Of a stretch of DNA of 64,000 bases, positions 1 to 12,400 are shown piece by piece (within the stretch, counting starts at the first letter, position 1; every line of letters starts with the position of its first letter). Origin of the DNA: Eledone cirrhosa (Eukaryota); NCBI GenBank assembly GCA_964016885.1, contig OZ024740.1, forward strand, positions 319,176,001 to 319,240,000, given 5' to 3'. Position numbers and translations under genes: made by a program. Under the pieces are notes generated by a model that did not search any database, had not been told where the DNA came from, and saw only the letters and a list, made by a program, of their open reading frames with translations.

Positions 1-101
1 TTCTACTACAATACTAACGTCAAATAATCCAGGATTGTCTCGTCTATTTCCACAACTTACTTTCTATCTGACATTCTAACGACTCTACCAATTCGAAGTC
101 T

Positions 102-2230
102 TTCTACTACAATACTAACAACAAATAATCTAGGATTGTCTCGTCTATTTCCACAATTTACATTTTATCTGACATTCTAACGACTCTACCAATTCGAAGT
201 CTTTCTACTACAATACTCACAACAAATAATCCAGGATTGTCTCGTCTATTTCCACAACTTACATTCTATCTGACATTCTAACGACTCTACCAATTCGAAG
301 TTTTTCTACTACAATACTCACAAAAAATAATCAAGTATTGTATCGACTATTTCCACAACTTACATTTTATCTGACATTCTAACGACTCTACCAATTCGAA
401 CTCTTTCTGCTACAATACTCACAACAAATAATCCAGGTTGCCTCGTTTATTTCCACACCTTACATTCTATCTGACATTCTAACGACTCTACCAATTCGCT
501 GTAATTCTACTACAATACTAACGTCAAATAATCCAGGATTGTCTCGTCTATTTCCACAACTTACTTTCTATCTGACATTCTAACGACTCTACCAATTCGC
601 TGTATTTCTACTACATTACTCTCAACAAATAAACCAGGATTGTCTCGTCTATTTCCACAACTTACATTATATCTGACATACTAACGACTCTACCAATTCG
701 AAGTCTTTCTACTACAATACTAACTTTAAACAATCCAGGATTGTCTCCTCTATTTCCACAACTTACATTCTATCTGACATTCTAATGACTCTACCAATTC
801 GCTGTCTTTATACTACAATACTCACAACAAATAATCCATATTGTCTCGTCTATTTCCACAACTTACATTCTATCTGACATTCAAACGACTCTATCAATTC
901 GAAGTCTTTCTACTACAATACAAACGTCAAATAATCCAGGATTGTCTCGTCTATTTCCACAACTTACTTTCTATCTGACATTCTAACGACTCTACCAATT
1001 CGCTGTATTTCTACTACAATACTCACAACAAATATTCCAGCATTGTCTCGTCTATTTCCACAACTCACATTCTATCTGACATTCTAACGACTCTACCAAT
1101 TCGAAGTCTTTCTACTACAATACTAACAACAAATAATCTAGGATTGTCTCGTCTATTTCCACAATTTACATTTTATCTGACATTCTAACGACTCTACCAA
1201 TTCGAAGTCTTTCTACTACAATACTCACAACAAATAATCCAGGATTGTCTCGTCTATTTCCACAACTTACATTCTATCTGACATTCTAACGACTCTACCA
1301 ATTCGAAGTTTTTCTACTACAATACTCACAAAAAATAATCAAGTATTGTATCGACTATTTCCACAACTTACATTTTATCTGACATTCTAACGACTCTACC
1401 AATTCGAAGTCTTTCTGCTACAATACTCACAACAAATAATCCAGGTTGCCTCGTTTATTTCCACACCTTACATTCTATCTGACATTCTAACGACTCTACC
1501 AATTCGCTGTAATTCTACTACAATACTAACGTCAAATAATCCAGGATTGTCTCGTCTATTTCCACAACTTACTTTCTATCTGACATTCTAACGACTCTAC
1601 CAATTCGCTGTATTTCTACTACAATACTCTCAACAAATAAACCATGATTGTCTCGTCTATTTCCACAACTTACATTCTATCTGACATACTAACGACTCTA
1701 CCAATTCGAAGTCTTTCTACTACAATACTAACTTTAAACAATCCAGGATTGTCTCCTCTATTTCCACAACTTACATTCTATCTGACATTCTAATGACTCT
1801 ACCAATTCGCTGTCTTTATACTACAATACTCACAACAAATAATCCATATTGTCTCGTCTATTTCCACAACTTACATTCTATCTGACATTCAAACGACTCT
1901 ATCAATTCGAAGTCTTTCTACTACAATACTAACGTCAAATAATCCAGGATTGTCTCGTCTATTTCCACAACTTACTTTCTATCTGACATTCTAACGACTC
2001 TACCAATTCGCTGTATTTCTACTACAATACTCACAACAAATATTCCAGCATTGTCTCGTCTATTTCCACAACTCACATTCTATCTGACATTCTAACGACT
2101 CTACCAATTCGAAGTCTTTCTACTACAATACTAACAACAAATAATCTAGGATTGTCTCGTCTATTTCCACAATTTACATTTTATCTGACATTCTAACGAC
2201 TCTACCAATTCGAAGTCTTTCTACTACAAT
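102..2230 (+). repeat. 10-monomer HOR, 1008 bp, about 2.1 copies
   Basis: The rare variant TCAAGTATTGTATCGACT is at 331 and 1339 (offset 1008). This equals 10x101 minus two 1-bp deletions (CCAGGTTGCC and CCATATTG monomers). The order of other variants (AACGTCAAA, TATTCCAGCATT, AATTTACATTTT) is preserved. Confidence 0.93.
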
Positions 2231-5200
2231 ACTCACAACAAATAATCTAGGATTGTCTCGTCTATTTCCACAATTTACATTTTATCTGACATTCTAACGA
2301 CTCTACCAATTCGATGTCTTTCTACTACAATACTAATTTTAATTATCCAGGATTGTCTCCTCTATTTCCACAACTTACATATTATTTGAAATTCTAACGA
2401 CTCTACCAATTCGATGTCTTTCTACTACAATACTCACAACAAATAATCCAGGATTGTATAGTCTATTTCTACAACTTACATTCTATCTGACATTCTAACG
2501 ACTCTACCAATTCGAAGTCTTTCTGCTACAATACTCACAACAAATAATCCAGGATTGTCTCGTCTATTTCCACACCTTACATTCTATCTGACATTCTAAC
2601 GACTCTACAAATTCGCTGTATTTCTACTACAATACTCACAACAAATAATCCAGCATTGTCTCGTCTATTTCCACAACTCACATTCTATCTGACATTCTAA
2701 CGACTCTACCAATTCGAAGTCTTTCTACTACAATACTAACAACAAATAATCTAGGATTGTCTCGTCTATTTCCACAATTTACATTTTATCTGACATTCTA
2801 ACGACTCTACCAATTCGAAGTTTTTCTACTACAATACTCACAAAAAATAATCAAGGATTGTATCGTCTATTTCCACAACTTACATTCTATCTGACACACT
2901 AACGACTCTACCAATTCGAAGTCTTTCTACTACAATACTAACTTTAAACAATCCAGGAATATCTCCCCTATTTCCACAACTTACATTCTATCTGACATTC
3001 TAACGACTCTACCAATTCGCTGTATTTCTACTACAATACTAACTTCAAATAATCCAGGATTGTATCGGCTATTTCCACAACTTACATTCTATCTGACATT
3101 CTAACGACTACCAATTCGCTGTCTTTCTACTACAATACTAACAACAAATAATCTAGGATTGTCTCGTCTATTTCCACAACTTACATTCTATCTGATATTC
3201 GAACGACTCTACCAATTCGAAGTCTTTCTACTACAATACTTACAACAAATAATCTAGGATTGTCTCGTCTATTTCCACAACTTACACTCTATCTGACATT
3301 CTAACGACTCTAACAATTCGAAGTCTTTCTACTACAATACTAACTTCAAATAATCCAGGATTGTCTCGTCTATTTTCCACAACTTACATTCTATCTGATA
3401 TTCTAACGACTCTACCAATTCGATGTCTTTCTACTACAATACTCACAACAAATAATCCAGGATTGTCTCGTCTATTTCCACAACTTACATTCTATCTCAC
3501 ATTCTAACGTGTCTACCAATTCGCTGTATTTCTACTACAATACTAACAACAAATAATCTAGGATTGTCTCGTCTATTTCCACAACTTACATTCTATCTGA
3601 TATTCGAACGACTCTACCAATTCGAAGTCTTTCTACTACAATACTAACTTTAAACAATCCAGGATTGTGTCCTCTATTTCCACAACTTACATTCTTTCTG
3701 ACATTCTGATGACTCTACCAATTCGCTGTCTTTATACTACAATACTCACAACAAATAATCCGTATTGTCTCGTCTATTTCCACAACTTATATTCTATCTG
3801 ACATTCAAACGACTCTATCAATTCGAAGACTTTCTACTACAATACTAACTTTAAACAATCCTGGATTGTCTCCCCTATTTCCACAACTTACATTCTATCT
3901 GACATTCTAACGACTCTACCAATTCGCTGTCTTTCTACTACAATACTAACAACAAATAATCTAGGATTGTCTCGTCTATTTCAACAACTTACATTCTATC
4001 TGACATTCTAACGACTCTACCAATTTGAAGTCTTTCTACTACAATACTCACAACAAATAATCAAGGATTGTCTCGTCTATTTCCACACCTTACATTCTAT
4101 CTGACATTCTAACGACTCTACCAATTCGAAGTCTTTCTACTACAGTACTCACAACAAATAATCTAGGATTGTCTCGTCTATTTCCACAACTTACATTCTA
4201 TCTGACATTCTAACGACTCTACCAATTCGAAGTCTTTCTACTACAGTACTCACAACAAATAATCAAGGTTTGTATCGTCTATTTCCACAACTTACATTCT
4301 ATCTGACATTCTAACGACTGTACCAATTCGAAGCCTTTCTACTACAATACTCACAACAAATAATCCAGGATTGTCTCGTCTATTTCCACACCTTACATTC
4401 TATCTGACATTCTAACGACTCTACCAATTCGAAGTCTTTCTACTACAATACTAACTTCAAATAATCCAGGATTGTCTCGTCTATTTCCACAACTTACATT
4501 CTATCTGACATTCTAACGACTCTACCAATTCGAAGTCTTTCTACTACAATACTAACAACAAATAATCTAGGATTGTCTCGTCTATTTCCACATCTTACAT
4601 TCTATCTGACATTCTACCGACTCTACCAATTCGAAGTCTTTCTACTACAATACTCACAACAAATAATCCAGGATTGTCTCGTCTATTTCCACACCTTACA
4701 TTTTATCTGATATTCTAACGACTCTACCCATAAGCTGTATTTCTACTACAATACTAACTTCAAATAATCCAGTATTGTCACGTCTATTTCCACAACTTAC
4801 ATTCTATCTGATATTCTAACGACTCTACCAATTCGAAGTCTTTCTACTACAATACTAACAACAAATAATTTAGGATCGTCTCGTCTATTTCCACAACTTA
4901 CATTCTATCTGACGTTCTAACGATTCTACCCATTCGCTGTATTTCTACTAAAATACTAACTTCAAGTAATCCAGGATTGTCTCGTCTATTTCCACAACTT
5001 ACATTCTATCTGACATTCTAACGACTCGACCAATTCGAAGTCTTTCTACTACAATACTCACAACAAATAATCAAGGATTGTAACGTCTATTTCCACAACT
5101 TACATTCTATCTGACATTCTAACGACTCTACCAATTCGAAGTCTTTCTACTACAATACTCACAACAAATAATCCAGGATTGTCTCCTCTATTTCCACAAC

Positions 5201-5439
5201 TTACATTCTATCTGACATGCTAACGACTCTACCAATTCGCTGTATTTCTACTACAATACTCACAACAAATAATCCAGCATAGTCTTGTCTATTTCCACAG
5301 CACACGTTCTAACTGACATTCTAACGACTCTACCAATTCGAAGTCTTTCTACTACAATACTCACAACAAATAATCCAGGATTGTCTCCTCTATTTCCACA
5401 ACTTACATTCTATCTGACATGCTAACGACTCTACCAATT

Positions 5440-8400
5440 CGCAGTATTTCTACTACAATACTCACAACAAATAATCCAGCATAGTCTTGTCTATTTCCAC
5501 AACACACATTCTAACTGACATTCTAACGACTCTACCAATTCGAAGTCTTTCTACTACAATACTCACAACAAATAATCCAGGATTGTCTCGTCTATTTCCA
5601 CAACTTACATACTATCTGACATTCTAACGACACTACCAATTCGAAGTCTTTCTACTACAATACTAACTTTAGATAATCCAGGATTGTCTCCTCTATTTCA
5701 ACAACTTACATTCTATCTGACATTCTAACGACTCTACCAATTCGAGGTCTTTCTACTACAATACTCACAACAAATAATCCAGGATTGTCTCGCCTATTTC
5801 CACAACTTACATTCCATCTCACATTCTAACGACTCTACCAATTCGAGGTCTTTCTACTAAAATACTAACTTCAAATAATCCAGGATTGTCTCGTCTATTT
5901 CCACAACTTACATTCCATCTCACATTCTAACGACTCTACCAATTCGAAGTCTTTCTACTACAGTACTCACAACAAATAATCAAGGTTTGTATCGTCTATT
6001 TCCACAACTTACATTTATCTGACATTCTAACGACTGTACCGATTCGAAGCCTTTCTACTACAATACTCACAACAAATAATCCAGGATTGTCTCGTCTATT
6101 TCCACACCTTACATTCTATCTGACATTCTAACGACTCTACCAATTCGAAGTCTTTCTACTACAATACTAACTTCAAATAATCCATGATTGTCTCGTCTAT
6201 TTTCACAACTTACATTCTATCTGACATTCTAACGACTCTACCAATTCGAAGTCTTTCTACTACAATACTAACAACAAATAATCTAGGATTGTCTCGTCTA
6301 TTTCCACAACTTACATTCTATCTGACATTCTAACGACTCTACCAATTCGAAGTCTTTCTACTACAATACTCACAACAAATAATCCAGGATTGTCTCGTCT
6401 ATTTCCACACCTTACATTTTATCTGATATTCTAACGACTCTACCCATAAGCTGTATTTCTACTACAATACTAACTTCAAATAATCCCGGATTGTCACGTC
6501 TATTTCCACAACTTACATTCTATCAGATATTCTAACGACTCTACCAATTCGAAGTCTTTCTACTACAATACTAACAACAAATAATTTAGGATTGTCTCGT
6601 CTATTTCCACAACTTACATTCTATCTGACGTTCTAACGATTCTACCCATTCGCTGTATTTCTACTAAAATACTAACTTCAAATAATCCAGGATTGTCTCG
6701 TCTATTTCCACAACTTACATTCTATCTGACATACTAACGACTCTACCAATTCGAAGTCTTTCTACTACAATACTAACTTTAAACAATCCAGGAATGTCTC
6801 CCCTATTTCCACAACTTACATTCTATCTGACATTCTAACGACTGTACCAATTCGCTGTATTTCTACTACAATACTAACTTCAAATAATCCAGGATTGTAT
6901 CGGCTATTTCCACAACTTACATTCTATCTGACATTCTAACGACTACAAATTCGCTGTCTTTCTACTACAATACTAACAACAAATAATCTAGGATTGTCTC
7001 GTCTATTTCCACAACTTACATTCTATCTGATATTCGAACGACTCTACCAATTCGAAGTCTTTCTACTACAATACTAACAACAAATAATCTAGGATTGTCT
7101 CGTCTATTTTCACAACTTACACTCTATCTGACATGCTAACGACTCTACCAATTCGCAGTATTTTTATTACAATACTCACAACAAATAATCCAGCATAGTC
7201 TTGTCTATTTCCACAACACACATTCTAACTGACATTCTAACGACTCTACCAATTCGAAGTCTTTCTACTACAATACTCACAACAAATAATCCAGGATTGT
7301 CTCGTCTATTTCCACAACTTACATACTATCTGACATTCTAACGACACTACCAATTCGAAGTCTTTCTACTACAATACTAACTTTAGATAATCCAGGATTG
7401 TCTCCTCTATTTCAACAACTTACATTCTATCTGACATTCTAACGACTCTACCAATTCGAGGTCTTTCTACTACAATACTCACAACAAATAATCCAGGATT
7501 GTCTCGCCTATTTCCACAACTTACATTCCATCTCACATTCTAACGACTCTACCAATTCGAGGTCTTTCTACTAAAATACTAACTTCAAATAATCCAGGAT
7601 TGTCTCGTCTATTTCCACAACTTACATTCCATCTCACATTCTAACGACTCTACCAATTCGAAGTCTTTCTACTACAGTACTCACAACAAATAATCAAGGT
7701 TTGTATCGTCTATTTCCACAACTTACATTTATCTGACATTCTAACGACTGTACCGATTCGAAGCCTTTCTACTACAATACTCACAACAAATAATCCAGGA
7801 TTGTCTCGTCTATTTCCACACCTTACATTCTATCTGACATTCTAACGACTCTACCAATTCGAAGTCTTTCTACTACAATACTAACTTCAAATAATCCAGG
7901 ATTGTCTCGTCTATTTTCACAACTTACATTCTATCTGACATTCTAACGACTCTACCAATTCGAAGTCTTTCTACTACAATACTAACAACAAATAATCTAG
8001 GATTGTCTCGTCTATTTCCACAACTTACATTCTATCTGACATTCTAACGACTCTACCAATTCGAAGTCTTTCTACTACAATACTCACAACAAATAATCCA
8101 GGATTGTCTCGTCTATTTCCACACCTTACATTTTATCTGATATTCTAACGACTCTACCCATAAGCTGTATTTCTACTACAATACTAACTTCAAATAATCC
8201 CGGATTGTCACGTCTATTTCCACAACTTACATTCTATCAGATATTCTAACGACTCTACCAATTCGAAGTCTTTCTACTACAATACTAACAACAAATAATT
8301 TAGGATTGTCTCGTCTATTTCCACAACTTACATTCTATCTGACGTTCTAACGATTCGACCCATTCGCTGTATTTCTACTAAAATACTAACTTCAAATAAT

Positions 8401-9481
8401 CCAGGATTGTCTCGTCTATTTCCACAACTTAAATTCTATCTGACATACTAACGACTCTACCAATTCGAAGTCTTTCTACTACAATACTAACTTTAAACAA
8501 TCCAGGAATGTCTCCCCTATTTCCACAACTTACATTCTATCTGACATTCTAACGACTCTACCAATTCGCTGTATTTCTACTACAATACTAACTTCAAATA
8601 ATCCAGGATTGTATCGGCTATTTCCACAACTTACATTCTATCTGACATTCTAACGACTACAAATTCGCTGTCTTTCTACTACAATACTAACAACAAATAA
8701 TCTAGGATTGTCTCGTCTATTTCCACAACTTACACTCTATCTCACATTCTAACGACTCTAACAATTCGAAGTCTTTCTACTACAATACTAACTTCAAATA
8801 ATCCAGGATTGTCTCGTCTATTTTCCACAACTTACATTCTATCTGATATTCTAACGACTCTACCAATTCGATGTCTTTCTACTACAATACTCACAACAAA
8901 TAATCCAGGATTGTCTCGTCTATTTCCACAACTTACATACTATCTGACATTCTAACGACACTACCAATTCGAAGTCTTTCTACTACAATACTAACTTTAG
9001 ATAATCCAGGATTGTCTCCTCTATTTCAACAACTTACATTCTATCTGACATTCTAACGACTCTACCAATTCGAGGTCTTTCTACTACAATACTCACAACA
9101 AATAATCCAGGATTGTCTCGCCTATTTCCACAACTTACATTCCATCTCACATTCTAACGACTCTACCAATTCGAGGTCTTTCTACTAAAATACTAACTTC
9201 AAATAATCCAGGATTGTCTCGTCTATTTCCACAACTTACATTCCATCTCACATTCTAACGACTCTACCAATTCGAAGTCTTTCTACTACAGTACTCACAA
9301 CAAATAATCAAGGTTTGTATCGTCTATTTCCACAACTTACATTTATCTGACATTCTAACGACTGTACCGATTCGAAGCCTTTCTACTACAATACTCACAA
9401 CAAATAATCCAGGATTGTCTCGTCTATTTCCACACCTTACATTCTATCTGACATTCTAACGACTCTACCAATTCGAAGTCT
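5440..9481 (+). repeat. 17-mer (1714 bp) then 16-mer (1614 bp) HOR units
   Basis: AGATAATCC at 5671, 7385 and 8999 (offsets 1714, 1614). TAATCCCGGA at 6481, 8195 and 9809 (offsets 1714, 1614). Confidence 0.88.
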
Positions 9482-12400
9482 TTCTACTACAATACTAACT
9501 TCAAATAATCCAGGATTGTCTCGTCTATTTTCACAACTTACATTCTATCTGACATTCTAACGACTCTACCAATTCGAAGTCTTTCTACTACAATACTAAC
9601 AACAAATAATCTAGGATTGTCTCGTCTATTTCCACAACTTACATTCTATCTGACATTCTAACGACTCTACCAATTCGAAGTCTTTCTACTACAATACTCA
9701 CAACAAATAATCCAGGATTGTCTCGTCTATTTCCACACCTTACATTTTATCTGATATTCTAACGACTCTACCCATAAGCTGTATTTCTACTACAATACTA
9801 ACTTCAAATAATCCCGGATTGTCACGTCTATTTCCACAACTTACATTCTATCAGATATTCTAACGACTCTACCAATTCGAAGTCTTTCTACTACAATACT
9901 AACAACAAATAATTTAGGATTGTCTCGTCTATTTCCACAACTTACATTCTATCTGACGTTCTAACGATTCTACCCATTCGCTGTATTTCTACTAAAATAC
10001 TAACTTCAAATAATCCAGGATTGTCTCGTCTATTTCCACAACTTACATTCTATCTGACATACTAACGACTCTACCAATTCGAAGTCTTTCTACTACAATA
10101 CTAACTTTAAACAATCCAGGAATGTATCCCCTATTTCCACAACTTACATTCTATCTGACATTCTAACGACTCTACCAATTCGCTGTATTTCTACTACAAT
10201 ACTAACTTCAAATAATCCAGGATTGTATCGGCTATTTCCACAACTTACATTCTATCTGACATGCTAACGACTACAAATTCGCTGTCTTTCTACTACAATA
10301 CTAACAACAAATAATCTAGGATTGTCTCGTCTATTTCCACAACTTACATTCTATCTGATATTCGAACGACTCTACCAATTCGAAGTCTTTCTACTACAAT
10401 ACTAACAACAAATTATCTAGGATTGTCTCGTCTATTTTCACAACTTACACTCTATCTGTCATTCTAACGACTCTAACAATTCGAAGTCTTTCTACTACAA
10501 TACTAACTTCAAATAATCCAGGATTGTCTCGTCTATTTTCCACAACTTACATTCTATCTGATATTCTAACGACTCTACCAATTCGATGTCTTTCTACTAC
10601 AATACTCACAACAAATAATCCAGGATTGTCTCGTCTATTTCCACAACTTACATTCTATCTCACATTCTAACGTGTCTACCAATTCGCTGTATTTCTACTA
10701 CAATACTCTCAACAAATAAACCAGGATTGTCTCGCCTATTTCCACAACTTACATTCTATCTGACATACTAACGACTCTACCAATTCGAAGTCTTTCTACT
10801 ACAATACTAACTTTAAACAATCCAGGATTGTGTCCTCTATTTCCACAACTTACATTCTATCTGACATTCTAATGACTCTACCAATTCGCTGTCTTTATAC
10901 TACAATACTCACAACAAATAATCCATATTGTCTCGTCTATTTCCACAACTTATATTCTATCTGACATTCAAACGACTCCATCAATTCGAAGTCTTTCTAC
11001 TACAATACTAACTTTAAACAATCCAGGATTGTCTCCCCTATTTCCACAACTTACATTCTATCTGACATTCTAACGACTCTACCAATTCGCTGTATTTCTA
11101 CTACAATACTAACTTCAAATAATCCAGGATTGTCTCGTCTATTTTCACAACTTACATTCTATCTGACATTCTAACGACTCTACCAATTCGAAGTCTTTCT
11201 ACTACAATACTAACAACAAATAATCTAGGATTGTCTCGTCTATTTCCACAACTTACATTCTATCTGACATTCTAACGACTCTACCAATTCGAAGTCTTTC
11301 TACTACAATACTCACAACAAATAATCCAGGATTGTCTCGTCTATTTCCACACCTTACATTTTATCTGATATTCTAACGACTCTACCCATAAGCTGTATTT
11401 CTACTACAATACTAACTTCAAATAATCCCGGATTGTCACGTCTATTTCCACAACTTACATTCTATCAGATATTCTAACGACTCTACCAATTCGAAGTCTT
11501 TCTACTACAATACTAACAACAAATAATTTAGGATTGTCTCGTCTATTTCCACAACTTACATTCTATCTGACGTTCTAACGATTCTACCCATTCGCTGTAT
11601 TTCTACTAAAATACTAACTTCAAATAATCCAGGATTGTCTCGTCTATTTCCACAACTTACATTCTATCTGACATACTAACGACTCTACCAATTCGAAGTC
11701 TTTCTACTACAATACTAACTTTAAACAATCCAGGAATGTATCCCCTATTTCCACAACTTACATTCTATCTGACATTCTAACGACTCTACCAATTCGCTGT
11801 ATTTCTACTACAATACTAACTTCAAATAATCCAGGATTGTATCGGCTATTTCCACAACTTACATTCTATCTGACATTCTAACGACTACAAATTCGCTGTC
11901 TTTCTACTACAATACTAACAACAAATAATCTAGGATTGTCTCGTCTATTTCCACAACTTACATTCTATCTGATATTCGAACGATTCTACCAATTCGAAGT
12001 CTTTCTACTACAATACTAACAACAAATTATCTAGGATTGTCTCGTCTATTTTCACAACTTACACTCTATCTGTCATTCTAACGACTCTAACAATTCGAAG
12101 TCTTTCTACTACAATACTAACTTCAAATAATCCAGGATTGTCTCGTCTATTTTCCACAACTTACATTCTATCTGATATTCTAACGACTCTACCAATTCGA
12201 TGTCTTTCTACTACAATACTCACAACAAATAATCCAGGATTGTCTCGTCTATTTCCACAACTTACATTCTATCTCACATTCTAACGTGTCTACCAATTCG
12301 CTGTATTTCTACTACAATACTCTCAACAAATAAACCAGGATTGTCTCGCCTATTTCCACAACTTACATTCTATCTGACATACTAACGACTCTACCAATTC

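Noticed and set aside
29-33. CCAGG as a bacterial Dcm site or operator array
   Set aside because: It is simply the centre of the dyad in the monomer. Nothing else suggests a prokaryotic context, and a 64-kb gene-free satellite is far more typical of a eukaryote.
91-107. CENP-B box suggested by TTCG
   Set aside because: Neither strand matches the TTCG-nnnn-A-nn-CGGG core. Only TTCG is shared.
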